This document shows, piece by piece, positions 39,186 through 53,450 of a DNA stretch of 64,000 nt. Location: positions 101,432,001 through 101,496,000 of the forward strand of contig OX597822.1 of assembly GCA_951406725.2 (NCBI GenBank), read 5' to 3'. How positions within the stretch are numbered: position 1 is the stretch's first letter; the number at the start of each line of letters is the position of its first letter. Source of the DNA: Octopus vulgaris. Taxonomy: Eukaryota. Position numbers and translations under genes: made by a program. The notes beneath the pieces were generated by a model. It was not told where the DNA came from. It did not search any database and saw nothing but the letters and a program-made list of their open reading frames with translations.

Positions 39186-42070
39186 TGTTTCTTTATTAGC
39201 CACACAGGGCTGCACACAGATAGAACAAATTACAAGGTAGAGCTTTTCTTTTGAAGGTTTAAAAAAAATAAAAAAAAAAAAAAAGGAAGGGGGAGTTTCG
39301 ATCAAAAGGGATCGTAAAAGGAGAGAAAGAGGACAAAAAAAAGGGGGGTTAAAAAAAAAGGGGGAGAGGAAAAAAAAAAAATTTGATCAATAGGGATCGT
39401 TATCACAGAAATGTCAATATGAAGTGTAAAGGGGAGGACAGGTGAGGTTTACCCGTGGAAAGAAAAGCCTACGGAAAAGACCACGGTAACCTCGGTCAAT
39501 GGAGTCACATGTTATATTTCTTTTTTTTTTTTTGCTAATAAGCAACTCTCTGTTTTCAATTTCTGGGTTCATAGGATTATGCTCAAGGTGGCTTCGTCAT
39601 TCATACGTGCCATTCTTGCTACATTCACCCATCTTTTTTTAAAACATTCGCTAGACAAAACTTGCCTCTCTACTCTCACCTTCCTTTTCAAGTGGTACTT
39701 GAAGAAGTTGATGAGAGATTGACCAGAGAGGAAAGTGTTTGTCTCCAATCCTTTCAGACGCGTCCACCAGATACATTCTTTCGCCATAGCCACAAGGATG
39801 ATGAAAATAGCTCTTCCTTCCCGTTTGAAGGAGGGAGGCGTGACAATATTGACGATAGACTCAGCTGATAAACCGACTCGTCCCACACGTGACAGCAGTT
39901 GTTCGACACAAGCCCACAGGTCGGAAATTGTTGGACACTGCACGAGTGCGTGCAGAACGGTTTCGTCGCTCTGACCGCATCTCGGGCAGGTCGGCCCCGT
40001 GTTTCTCGAGCCGTGTCTGTAGAGCTTATCCCGAACGGGTAGCGCTTCTCGGTAGCACTGCCAGGCCAGGGATCTCTGGAAGTTGTCCATGGGCCCTGGC
40101 CCGAAAGTCGTCCTGAACAGGCGGGTCAGGTACTCCTCGTCGACGTCCAGGTTCGCCCCGAGCTCGTCGTCGTACCTCCCCTCCACTAAACCCCTATAGA
40201 ATGCTTTGGTTGTGTTGAAGTCACTCAAGGTCGACCCAGGACGGCAGAGTTGCTTGAGAGCAACGCGACACTGCGGTGCCATTCGCCCTTCTTCGGCCTC
40301 TTTTTGATCCACGACTGCAGTTCGGTCATGCAGACGAGCTGCGGGAAAGCGTGCCTCACAAACGGCGACCACACATGTTCACCGTCGTCTACATAGAGCC
40401 AGAGATGTCGCAGTCTCAGCGCGTGTCTGCGCATCATCAACCACGGCATGCCCAGCCCTCCTTTTAACGGGTGTTGACAGCAAATGGATCGCCTGACCAT
40501 CGGGACGCATCCTTTCCACAAGAAGCGAAAGAGAATGCGTTGTAGTTTGGTGATGGTAGGGTCGGGACAAGGTACGACGGTCAGGCGGTAGTAGATGACG
40601 GACGCGATGTACGTGTTCGCCACCTCCGCCCGACCTTTTAGGGACAGTTTCCTCTCGGCCCATTGCCGGGTGAGAGTGACCACCCTACTCGTTATCTCGT
40701 TCCAGTTCTTCTCCACTTGGAGGTCCGGACCAAACCAGACCCCAAGCAACTCAACCGGGCCGTCGGTCCAGCGTCCCACGACGGAGGCGCTGGTGGACGG
40801 CATGGGCTTGCTTCTCCAGGTGCCTAGTCGCAAGCCCACTGACTTTTCCCGGTTGATTTTCGCTCCTGTCACCGCTTCGTAGTTTTTCAGTGTCTCGCCG
40901 ACCTGCTCGATGTGCTCGTGGCTAGACACTATGACAGTGACGTCGTCCGCGTATGCAGACACGCTCGTCCCGCATCCCAGTTCTCGCGGGATGCCTCTCA
41001 AGGTTGCCAGCTTCCGCAATAATGGCTCGAGAGTCAATACGTATAGAAGCGACGAGAGGGGGCATCCCTGACGGACCGAACGTGCGATGTCGAAGGGTCC
41101 CGATAGATGTCCATTCACGCGAATTACCGAACGGATGCCTCTGTACAAAGCGGCTATCCAGCCGCGGAAGACGGGACCGAAGCCAGCCGCTCCGAGGACC
41201 GCCTCCAAGTATCGATGGTCCACCCTATCGAAAGCTTTCGATTGTTCCAAATTGATCAGCGCCCCACCCATGCCAGGTTCGTTAACTACCCTGTCTATGA
41301 TGTAGCGCATCAGGTCGAGGTTGTCATGGATGGTCCGGCCTGGCACGGCGCATGTTTGCGCCCTGTCGACCAGTTTCTCGATGACAAGCGCCAACCTCTT
41401 GGCTAGCACCTTGGCCAAAATTTTCAAGTCTGCATTAAGCAGAGTGATGGGCCTAAAGTTATCTATTACATTTCCCTTGTTTAGATCTTTCTTCAGCAGT
41501 GTTTCGGCTCCTCGGCTCACAAAACCAGGAATGCTCCCGTTTTGCTGCCAGTTGCAGTACACCACCGCCAAGAGATCTCCAAACAAGTCTGGCATACAAT
41601 TGTAAAGCTCGTAGGGTAGACCATCCAAACCCGGTGATTTGTCCCTCGAGCATTCTGCCATCGCTTCCTGCACTTCCGCCGCCGTGATGGCACCTTCGCA
41701 GCACCCTGCCTTTCTTGTCGAGAGTCGTGGCAGGCTATGTAGGTAGGCACTGAAGTCCACCCTACGTTTTTGCCCTCCACTCGTTCCGAACAGTCGGGCA
41801 AAATGCTGCTGAAAGGCCTCACACATTTTACTTGGCTCGAGCAATTCGCGCCCCTGTTCATCTACCAGGGACCGAATGGTGGCTTTGTTGCCCTGTTGCG
41901 CCTCTGCCACCCGGGCCTCTCTCGCGGCTCCAACACCTTTGTTCCTTAGAGCACGCATCCTAGCTCTGACAGCACATCCTTCGTGTTTGGCGTTGAAGTG
42001 TTGGTCGAGGGCCAACCTCGCCGCCAAAACGTCGGATGCGATGCCGCTTCTAATTGCCTCTTCTAGCTTC
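39186..42070 (-). mobile_element. L1/Tx1-clade LINE, 5'-truncated, inserted in (GATA)n
   Basis: GC-rich ORF2; the 3' end AATAAAGAAACAT runs straight into (ATCT)n. GATA arrays on both sides. Confidence 0.92.
39569..42070 (-). pseudogene. Tx1-type ORF2 (RT + C-terminal zinc finger), one frameshift near 40270
   Basis: KSPGLDGLPYELY, NFRPITLLNADLKILAK, KAFDRVDH, VRQGCPLS, SAYADDV, KLSLKGR; C-terminal CPRCGQSDETVLHALVQC. Confidence 0.9.
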
Positions 42071-42138
<68 letters not shown>

Positions 42139-42181
42139 TGATTGATAGATAGACAGACATATAGCTAGCTAGCTAGCTAGC

Positions 42182-42233
<52 letters not shown>

Positions 42234-42285
42234 CATATAGCTAGCTAGCTAGCTAGCTAGCTAGCTAGCTAGCTAGCTAGCTAGC

Positions 42286-42326
<41 letters not shown>

Positions 42327-42365
42327 TGATAGATAGATAGACAGACATATAGCTAGCTAGATAGG

Positions 42366-42457
<92 letters not shown>

Positions 42458-42480
42458 CATACATATAGCTAGATAGATTG
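42071..42480. repeat. (GATA)n/(TAGC)n compound array
   Basis: Shares the unit GATTGATAGATAGA..GACAGACATATAGCTAGCTAG with the array at 38941. Confidence 0.95.
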
Positions 42481-43304
42481 AGAGAGAGGGATGAGGGAGA
42501 GAGAGTGAGACAGAGAGGCAGACAAAGAGACAACAGGAAAGACAGAGAAGTAGTTAATGAAAGTAGGATAAGTGGGAGATGTTTTATAAGATAAATGTAA
42601 ACAGAATAATTACATCATTAGATTGAAGTAGTGTAGACATATTCTTAGGATTAAATTCTACATTTCCTGTCGATAGCTAATGTAGACTATTACGAGACAA
42701 ATATATACCATGTGCCAACTGGGCACGTCGAAAACAAATCCCGAGGGATCTTTCTAAATTATATATACCTATAGCATTTTTACTTACTTGCACACATATA
42801 ATCACAAGTGCGCGTACAGAAAGGCAAAAGCGCGAATCTACGTGCTCCCACACGGCGTCGGAACAACATCTCCTTCCTCCAGTGCATTTTAGCATTAATT
42901 GTAAAAACATCGTATTTCATGCTGGTAGGAAGAATTTGAATCTTGGCATGTCTACTGTCTAATTGGTTAATTGTTCGACCGACGACATTTTCTAGAAAGA
43001 TGTAAGGAATGCTAGTGGGGAAGTCGCTACAGCGTTATTTACAGATAATTGCATTTTCTCTCCATCAAAAGTATAATCTGAAAGTTTTAGCAAAATACTG
43101 GAGTTACAGAAAGTTTAGCAAATTACTGCAGTTAAATCTACATATCTTTTGAAATCAGGAAAATTTTTCCTTTCTCGACCAATTGATTTCAGGGATCTCC
43201 AATCGCCAATTCGAAGCAATCTAAACAAAGAATTAGGAACCATGAAGAAAGCCAACCACCAAGGAAAGGACAGCCGCAATTGTTCTTTTAAGTAACACTA
43301 TGGT

Positions 43305-44004
43305 CACATTTTGGGCTGTACCTCAATGTCAAGAAAACGAAGATCATGTCAATAGCAGCCACAACAAACATCAGCATCAAGATCGATAATGAAGAGATCG
43401 AAGTGGTTGATGATTTCATCTTCCTTGGCTCCAAAATAAATCGAGATGGTAACTGCACTCCAGAAATAAGACGGCGGATAGTACTAGGCAGAGAGGCAAT
43501 GGTCAGCATAAGCAAGGTCTGGAAGAGTAGAGACATCACCCTCGCTACCAAATGCAGATGGTGAATGCAATCGTCTTCCCAATAGCAACATATGGATGTG
43601 AGACCTGTACATTAAAGAAAGCTGACCAGAAGAGAATTAATGCATTCGAGCTTTGGTGTTGGAGAAGACTTTTACGGATTCCATGGACAGCGAAGCTCAT
43701 CAATGGAGAAGTCCTTAACCAGATCAAGCCGAAACTGTCGCTAGAAGCTATGATCACCAAGCATAGATTGGCATATTTTGGTCATATTATGCGGAGAAAA
43801 TCCCTGGAGAAGGACATCATGCTCGGAATGGTCAGTGGCAAGAGAGGAAGAGGCAGACCAAGAAACCGCTGGCTTGACACCATCAAGAGTGACACGGGAA
43901 TGGCCATAGCCAATCTGAAAGAAGCGACCCGGGATAGAACTGGCTGGAGGACACTGATCCATCGAGTAACCGAGAGTCGACTTCGACTGAGCGGATAGAG
44001 AGAT
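43305..44004 (+). mobile_element. RTE-clade LINE 3' fragment (BovB-like), one frameshift
   Basis: GLYLNVKKTKIM, EVVDDFIFLGS, EIRRRI, YGCET.T, INAFELWCWRRLLRIPW, YFGHIMR, RGRGRPR.RWLD. Confidence 0.92.
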
Positions 44005-44727
44005 GGCCACATCTTAATCAAGCTGAAAAGTACAATATTGCATTAGTTCTGTACTGTAAGACTGTAAATGCCGACTATAGACAAACAATTGAAATATTTA
44101 GATACACAATATCTGTAATTAGTCATGACGTTGCACTTGTAGGAAAATATCAACAACCGAGATAATTATCTACACTGACAGACATTTAAGTAAGGTACAC
44201 CAAGTTCGTTTGCAAGAAAATGTGCTTCATGTAACTAAATAGAAAATTAATTGTAAAGTCACTTTATGAATAGTAATCTAAATCATTCTGATTCATCAGA
44301 GATGAGGTTCAAAGATAACTACTAATTGAACATCAAGCAAATGGCTTTTGAATTTGTAATTGTTATCAACTTGTTGCAGACAGAATAACTGACTCGGCAC
44401 TGAATACGGCAACACGTAAGAAAACTTAGCTGAGAACACGTAGCATTACAATTGAAATATTTAAATGCTGCTTCTCCACCATACCTGTCTTTTAACGTTA
44501 CCCGTCCCATTTACTTTTGGTCATGTACCTGGACTCTAATAGCTATTATTTAACCCTTTTCGCAACTTGTGACTCAACACAGATGATGAATTACAAGTTC
44601 TGTAATTCCACTAAACACTGTATAGTTTTTATATTTAAAAACAAATATAGACATAGCTATATTATTAGTTTTAGCGCTGCAAAAGTTGGTCACATGGAGT
44701 CCTGCTGACAAGAGATATATATTATTT

Positions 44728-44797
<70 letters not shown>

Positions 44798-44915
44798 TAA
44801 ATTAGAGACAAAACCAATTTGTCTCTAATTTAATATAATATAATATTTTACTATAAACTTGGATTCAATCCTAAATCTGATTTTTCCCTGTAAATTTGGA
44901 TTTATTCCCTAATAT

Positions 44916-44981
<66 letters not shown>

Positions 44982-44987
44982 GTATAT

Positions 44988-45399
44988 ACTCTTTTACTCT
45001 TTTACTCTTTTATTTGTTTCAGTCATTTGACTGCGGCCATGCTGGATCACCACCTTTAATCGAGCAACTCGACCCCGGGACTTATTCTTTGTAAGCCCGG
45101 TACTCATTCTATCGGTCTCTTTTTGCCGAACCGCTAAGTGACGGGGACATAAACACACCAGCATCGGTTGTCAAGCAATGCTAGGGGGACAAACACAGAC
45201 ACACAAACACACACACATACATATATACATATATACGACGGGCTTCTTTCAGTTTCCGTCTACCAAATCCACTCACAAGGCTTTGTTCGGCTCGAGGCTA
45301 TAGTAGAAGAAACTTGCCCAAGGTGCCACGCAGTGGAACTGAACCCGGAACCATGTGGTTGGTAAACAAGCTACTTACCACACAGCCACTCCTGCGCCT
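44988..45399 (-). mobile_element. SINE family C
   Basis: Full copy with (GAGTAAAA)n tail. Confidence 0.9.
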
Positions 45400-46081
45400 A
45401 TATATATATTACATAGTTTACTGTTCTGTTATTGTAGGATCAAGAGAAATAAAGGGATTCCATCTGGTGAAAGATAAATATCAATTCATATACAGAGTAT
45501 TTAATTAAATACTACAAGCTGCTACCATCATTTTCATGCTGTGAGAAAAAGGAATTGTCATATTTATTGTGCTTTCAGAGAATGAAAATGATAGTAGGGG
45601 GTGTTTAAATGCTGTACATACATACATGCATACATATATGCATACATACACACACACACACATACACATACATACATACATACATACATACATACATACA
45701 TGCATGTATGTATGTATGTATGTATGTATGTATGTATGTATGTGTATGTGTATGTGTGTGTGTGTATGTGTGTGTTTGTATATGTATAATTATTTGATTG
45801 TCTGTCTGAAGAAATTCTAACAGACAATTTCTTTCGAGTTTATCTAAGACATACAACTTTGTGATACCTATTAGAAAGTGAAACATATGTAACGCTGAAT
45901 AAATAATAGCAAAATAATTTTGCAGCTTCCTGCTTTGATGACAATGTTCCCAGAATTTCCAACTCTAATGTGTGTCCCACATCAATACAATAATCACAAT
46001 AACCACATACTAGATTGCAGTATTGGAAAAAGATGTACTTCAAAATGACAAAGCTTGAATTTATCTCTAACTAGACACTAT

Positions 46082-46173
<92 letters not shown>

Positions 46174-46317
46174 ACACATACATACACATACATACACACT
46201 ATATGTATGTATACATATATATATATATATATATACACACACATAAATGCATGCATGTAGATATAAAATATTTGAAGAAAAGAAGGGTATAGATAACGCT
46301 TGCTAAAAATCAAAGCG

Positions 46318-46408
<91 letters not shown>

Positions 46409-46416
46409 CATATATA

Positions 46417-46577
46417 CGACGACGGGCTTCTTTCAGTTTCCGTCTACCAAATCCACTCACAAGGCTTTGGTTGGCCCGAGGCTATAGAAGAAGACACTTG
46501 CCCAAGGTGCCACGCAGTGGGACTGAACCCGGTACCATGTGGTTGGTAAGCAAGCTGCTTACCACACAGTCACCCCT
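46417..46577 (-). mobile_element. SINE family C, 5' half ending in an expanded microsatellite
   Basis: Head and core present; the 3' half is absent beyond (TA)(CA)n. Confidence 0.85.
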
Positions 46578-47186
46578 CATTCGTATCTGAAATAAGGTTT
46601 ATTTAATACAGCTTGTCAGTAGGCTTGTGGAGACACACATGTGAAATACTGAGAAAACTTGTATGTTAGTTACTTAATGTCATATGATTTTTTGAGATTC
46701 ACTTCGTGACTGTTTGTTGTAATAGGAAATTCTTGGTGAATACTCGTAAAAACACAACAATCACTTCGTTAATTGTATGAAAGAACTGAATACTGCCATA
46801 TTTTATCAGATATCTAACAACAAGATATCAGTAAAGAAATATTTTTAGATGACAATACAACAAAGTGAAAAGACTTACAAAGTCATACGTTCCAATTACC
46901 CATTTATTTATAATTTCAATATTACATACACTCTATGTATTCGTTTGATATCCCAAATAGTAATATTAACTCATTCACGTATATTTGTGAAGAGATGAAA
47001 GTCAGATTTTTGCTTCATTTATTTGTTTATTAAAATTTATTTTATTTGCTGAAGATGTTTTTTTTCGGTACGCTCTGTCCTAAAACACACACAAGCACGC
47101 GAGCGCAAACGCACGCGCACACACACATACGCACTTATCCATACGTACAAGTATGTGTGTATTTCTGTCGAATGTGTGTATGCATG

Positions 47187-47226
<40 letters not shown>

Positions 47227-47264
47227 ATATATGTGTGTATATATATGTGTGTATAATATATGTG

Positions 47265-47299
<35 letters not shown>

Positions 47300-47320
47300 G
47301 TGTGTATATATATATATATA

Positions 47321-47434
<114 letters not shown>

Positions 47435-47879
47435 TCATGCATACACACATTCGACAGAGATACACACATATGAGAGAAAGAAAGAATTCACGAGACTATT
47501 ATTAACTACATAGTTTTTCTTACCCATCGTATACCGGTGCCTTGCGGGTGAGATGTTGTATAAACAATTGCGGTGCATCATAGCTGTTGATGTGTTACGT
47601 CAGGTGACTCGTCAAAAGGTACCCCGTTGTTTAATTTCCGTTTCGCTTATTTCGATTAGAATACATTTTTGTAGTTTTCGTTCGCTACACGTATACACGA
47701 GAAACTTGGGTTATAATGAAGTACACTTCTCATGTAAGTTATAAAGTGACTTACAAAGCATAGTATAAATTTAAAAATAAACATGTAGATCCAATAATAT
47801 GCTTTTCACTGACAACGAGACACGTTAAATAATACTATAAAACAACCATGGATGTAGCGAAACACAAAATACAATCGGA

Positions 47880-48300
47880 CGTTCAGCCTGACCCTTGACT
47901 AACCGAGTTGGCATAGAACTTTCCATTGTTAGTATGTCCTTTTTGAAGATAGTCAATAAACACAATGCATTCTGAATCCTCAAAAACTGAGGCCATAACC
48001 TTCCTTGAAAATAAAATGTCTTTGGCCTTTTTCGTAGCAGGTAATGAGCGGTATTTCCATTGCATGGATTATTTCTTTGTCCCTGGCTCAAATTGGGGGA
48101 CTCCAAACTGATACTGGGTTAGGAAACATTCAAGGAAACTAGCTGAGTCTGCCTCAGGCAATGTCAGATCTTCCTATGATGTGATCAGCCTGGTGCACTT
48201 TTGATCATGATCAGAGGATGTGGCACCCACCGAGTATAACACTTCATGCAGCTGGTGTACAATGATATAATGGAAAGGACACCAAAATCGATGAGATAGT
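47880..48300 (-). mobile_element. mariner transposase relic (irritans/Himar-like)
   Basis: MQWK....P.KKAK....RKVMASVFEDSECIVFIDYLQKGHTNNGKFYA; a WVP-like motif lies upstream. Confidence 0.7.
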
Positions 48301-49266
48301 TACTCAATCCAGTAAGTGTAACGTCCTCCAATTCGACAATAGAAATTTGTCCATGTACTTGCATTTGCTAAGCATTTCGGTACGTATTGAGCCCCAAAGA
48401 TTGCCAGGACGCACGTTATGTAACCTTCCAAAATTATTGTAACTCTACAGGAGGAAACCACGGATCTCTGTGTATGTTAAATGATGTTTATCTCTTACTG
48501 GATGGAGCGCTATCTTCGTTGGTCATACCTGTAACGAAACAGTAAACTGTTATATGCATGTATGTATGAATGTATAAATGTATGTATGTATATATAGTTA
48601 TATAAGATTCGTGTAAATACCTTGTAAAAGCAGAGTGCTATTTTCAGCAATTTGCAGACTAAACTAAACCTATATATATAATGGCAGACAAAATACAATT
48701 ATAATCAAAATACAAAATACAGAAATAAAGAAGCAGACAAAAGGTGGCCAGGTTGACTATAAATTACAATTCTATCTTAATAGTCAAATTATAAAGGAAA
48801 ACAATATAAAAAAAAATAGAGAATAAAATTAAGCTTTTAGAGATAATGATGTGATAAAGTGATGAAGATTGACCTACTCTGTACTTAAATGTTTCCTTGA
48901 AAGAAACCTACCTTTCTCAATAAAACAGCTGGTTTTATTCTTCACCAGAATTAGTCTTTATATAAAGTTAATTTACAGCATTCTGACTTTTGTATCATTT
49001 TTTGAAACAAATATAAAAATAAGTTTGTAGGTATATCGTTCCCCGTTCGCATACATGTTCTTTGATATACCCATATACAAGGCGGTATATAAAGTTTTAT
49101 TACATACACATATATATCTTTTTGTATATGAGCACGTATACGCTTCCTACATTTATTTTTACTGTGTTTAATTTTTGTATCAGTATACGTTGTGTTGAAA
49201 GTCTAAGCCACATACAAGGTGGTGTATATATTTTTATATGTACACATATTTATCTATCTACATGTG

Positions 49267-49301
<35 letters not shown>

Positions 49302-49769
49302 TTCATACATTTTTGCTACGTATTCGAAATGTATTATGGAACCAGCAATAAAGAAAGTTTAATAAAGTAAATTGAAATATACTTACATATATTTAAGTAC
49401 ATACACGTATACACTTCTTACATTCCTACTTTGGTAATACAGAAACATATTAATACAATAATAAGAGAAAGTAAAATAAAAATGTACATTTTATATACGC
49501 AAATACATACATTTCTTACATACATCCTTACACATTTTAAAAACAGAAATAGATAACACAAAAAATAAGTTAGATAAAATAAAATATACAAACATACGAG
49601 CAAAATAAAATACACCCACATATATCTATTTATATATGCAAACACGCTTCTAACATACATTCTTGCAATTTTTACTATTCGTAAAATTAATACAGGTAAG
49701 TTCTAATTCACATACACGGTAGTGTATACATACATACATTCATACATACATACATACATACATACATAC

Positions 49770-49997
49770 CTATTTCTTTATTACCCATAAGGGGCTAAAC
49801 ATAGAGGGGACAAACAAGGACAGACAAAGGTATTAAGTCGATTATATCGACCCCAGTGCGTAACTGGTACTTATTTAATCGACCCCGAAAGGATGAAAGG
49901 CAAAGTCGACCTCGGCGGAATTTGAACTCAGAACGTAACGGCAGACGAAATACGGCTACACATTTCGCCCGGCGTGCTAACGTTTCTGCCAGCTCAC
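49770..49997 (-). mobile_element. SINE family N (Tx1-like tail) beside (CATA)n
   Basis: Well-preserved copy of the 4084 family. Confidence 0.9.
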
Positions 49998-50159
49998 CTA
50001 CAGATATATATTGTGTATGTGTGCATATTTGTATACACACACAAACACACATAACTATGTATATTTATATACACGCATACACATACGTCTTACATTTAAC
50101 TATTTTTAAAACAGAGATAAATAAGTGCAGTGTAATAAAGAAAGATTAAAGCGAAATAA

Positions 50160-51314
50160 ACAGATTTCTTCAATAGAGTTTTAAATATTAGTTGTTTTCA
50201 CCAAACTGCCAAAAATGAGTATTTTACCATCGAATAACAATTTCCGAGTTCCTTTTCACATTTTTATCAGTACACATTAAAATGCAAAGCATCTAATTAG
50301 CTGAAAGTCGAGATATTCTAATTGGTATATTGTTTACAATTCCTTTTATGATAGAATACTCTTTTACTATTTACTCTTTTACTCTTTTACTTGTTTCAGT
50401 CATTTGACTGAGGCCATGCTGGAGCACCGCCTTTAGTCGAGCAAATCGACCCCGGGACTTATTCTTTGTAAGCCCAGTACTTATTCTATCGATCTCTTTT
50501 GCCGAACCGCTAAGTGACGGGGACGTAAACACACCAGCATCGGTTGTCAAGCAATGCTAGGGGGACAAACACAGACACACAAACACACACATACATACAC
50601 ATATATATATATACATATATATATAAACATATATACGACAGGCTTCTTTTCAGTTTCCGTCTACCAAATCCACTCACAAGGCATTGGTCGGCCCGGGGCT
50701 ATAGCAGAAGACACTTGCCCAAGATGCCACGCAGTGGAACTAAACCCGGAACCATGTGGTTGGTTAGCAAGCTACTTACCACACTGCCACTCCTGCGCCT
50801 ATGTAGACGATTTTATGTAGACGATTTTATTATTTTATTGACATACCTTAGATTTTTGTTCCGTTTATGATATATTTCAAATAATCATGTATTCAAATAA
50901 AACGTTAGATCAAGAAAATTAACCTTACGGTAATTATTTTCTATAATCTCAGATAGTCCGATATTGTTGAAGAATTTGAATAGTAGTTTCTTACAGCTCT
51001 CTTTTTCTACTTTACTATGATTATCTAATATTAAGAGAGCGTCATTCCCATATAGATCGCTCCCTCCAACTTAGGAAACTAGGATTCCATTTAGAATACG
51101 ATATATATTTGGACAAGATCAGTAACTTGCGCTGAGTTGTTGCACCACATAGTTATGTCGGAACAGTCAGCCTTATGAGACCTTATCCATTGTTTATTAT
51201 CGAAATGTATAAGAGAGCAACGTGCAGCTAATGTTCAATATCCGGCCTAGATAAATTAGAATTGCGCATAGCAAAAATAAGAGCCTTATTATATAGTGCT
51301 GAATCAATAGTAGA
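50160..51314 (-). mobile_element. Older Hydra-type PLE, RT core (continues from 56731-57560)
   Basis: STIDSALYNKAL..AARCSLIHFDNKQWIR..DITM..NSAQVTDLV.IYI, NFLDLTFYL..YHK.NKNLRYV, IRISRLSA. Colinear with the ORF at 22682. Confidence 0.8.
50359..50800 (-). mobile_element. SINE family C nested in the PLE
   Basis: Full copy. Confidence 0.9.
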
Positions 51315-51349
51315 ACAAGAGCACTCAGTGAGTTCAAACACCACCGTCC

Positions 51350-53148
51350 TGACTTCTTTTATTAGGTACAAGGCCTCTTATAAACATGGGACAATACAAA
51401 GACAGAATAAACAATATAGTGGGATACACAAAACATATAAATGATGAAATTATGAATAAATGATGAGATGAAATGGCTTACCTGCCACCCCAAGCAGGCA
51501 GTTCCATTTTAGTGTTTATGTATCACACAGTTCATTAGTTTTTCCATCATTTTTATAAAACATCCTTATTTCAAAATTTTGAATATCTCACTTAATTTCC
51601 TTTGTATTAGATATTCCATTATGTCCTCAAATGACACCACCGGTGGCAACTCATTGGATCGAAACTGTAACTGTGATATCTCTATCATTTCCCCGAATAG
51701 TTCCTTCAACTTCTCACCTTTCTCTTTTACAAGCAAGCTTGCTTTAAATGCATCTTTGCACGGTTTAGGCGCTAACTTCACCCTAATTACATTTTTTCAT
51801 TTTAGTGATTCTTTTTCAATCTCCACATTTTTTTCTGTATTGAATCATAGTTCTTAATTGTTTTCCTTTCAGTGTTACTTTCTTATTTCCATCACTACTC
51901 TCTTCTGCTGTTGCTGGTGTTTCCCTCTCTTTCTTCTCTGCTTGTCTCTCACTCCATGCTGTCTTCCTTTTTTTATCCTGACCTTTTCCTGTTTCCTCCG
52001 TGCTAGTTGCTGGCATCGCTCTCTGTTTTCTCTCTTCTTCTTTCTCGTTTAATTTTGCCGACATCTCGTTTCTTTTCTGCTCGTTCGCTTTTCCTCCTTT
52101 TGGTAACACTTGTCTCTCCTCTACACATCCTTTTCTTTTCTTCATGGGGCTCTTTGGTGGTGAGGTCTCGTTTTCTTGTCTTTTCTTCCTCTTCACCGCT
52201 TTGTATCTTTCTTCTATATTTTCCTCTGGCCTCCGCTCTTCTACGCCTTGCACCTCTACCTCTCCTTCGTATTTCTGGGGACACTTAGCTTTGATGTGTC
52301 CCCGTACTCCACACTGAAAACATTTCGGAGGTCTTCCCTCCACTAGAACTCTTAGCTTCATCTCGTCCGGTAACGCTAAATTCTCTGCAATTTTGTGGAG
52401 GTCTGGTAAACTGATGTGGACCGTCACCTCACAGTTGTATCTCCAGCAGTTTACCGCCGTAATTCTTGTGATTTTAAGTATTTTACATTCCTCTTCAATT
52501 TCTGGGGACACTCTACCAATCCTCACTCTGGCCGCACGTTTGCCACAGTATGTTGGTAGCAGTACCCACTCGGTGGATCTCAAAGGCACAGTGGAGTGTT
52601 TTATCGCTGCTTGTACACTCGCGAAGCGTACCTCCACTGTGGCATATTTCTTCCCTATGGTGTAATACGTGGTTAGGTTTTTGATTTCTTTCAAGCATTC
52701 TTCGACTGCCTCTGCTGCAGCTATTTCAACTCTTTTTGTAGAGATAGACAGTATTCTGTATATTACTTCTCATTTTTCTGGGGTTTTTTTCCATAATTTC
52801 CTTGGGCGGCGTCAGCTTCAGACTGTCTCCCTCCTTTCGTAACAATTCATTACATTTCTTCAAATTTGTGTCGCTCAGTCGAATTTCTCTTACTTGCAAG
52901 ATATCTGCCATTAGATTATTTCCTGTTACTGCAGTGTAACTGCCTGCTGGAACTGGTTGACTTTCCATAATGTTGTTATTCACAACTTCACCCATAAATG
53001 AGGAAGAAAATAAAAATTCACAGGTAACAATAAATTAAACATTTCAGTGATACAACAATTAGGTGCGGCAGACCTTCAACAATTTAAAGAAGACTCACTT
53101 GAAGCGAACACACATCAAATGCAGCAGGGAATCAAATGACTCGATTAC
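51350..53148 (-). mobile_element. ORF1-only (half-LINE, HAL1-like) Tx1-type element, copy 1, about 1.8 kb
   Basis: ORF1 in three frames (52995-52726, 52694-51816, 51781-51566) with SYTAV and CFQCGVRGHIKAKC. AATAAA at 51358-51363; no ORF2. 13-bp flanking direct repeat AACACCACCGTCC. Confidence 0.8.
51566..52995 (-). pseudogene. LINE ORF1 (gag-like, CCHC zinc knuckle, K/E-rich region), frameshifted
   Basis: RVRIGRVSPEI, RVLVEGRPPKCFQCGVRGHIKAKCP (CX2CX4HX4C). Confidence 0.8.
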
Positions 53149-53450
53149 AACACCACCGTCCATATTTCTTTTATTGAGCACATGCTTCTTATAGAGAGGG
53201 GACAATAAAATGACATACAAAACAATACAATGGGGTTCATAAAAGCACATATCGTATGAAATTAAGGATACAATGAAAAATTAGGATGGGGCGACTTAAC
53301 CTGCGCCCCCCCCCCCATAAGCAGGTAGTTTCATTTTCCTGTTTTTATATAACCTTTTACTAACAGTTCAATATTCTGTTTTGTACGAGCAGGTTTTCCC
53401 TTTTCTTAAAAAATTACTCTCACTAATTATTCAGTTTTTATCACACAGTT

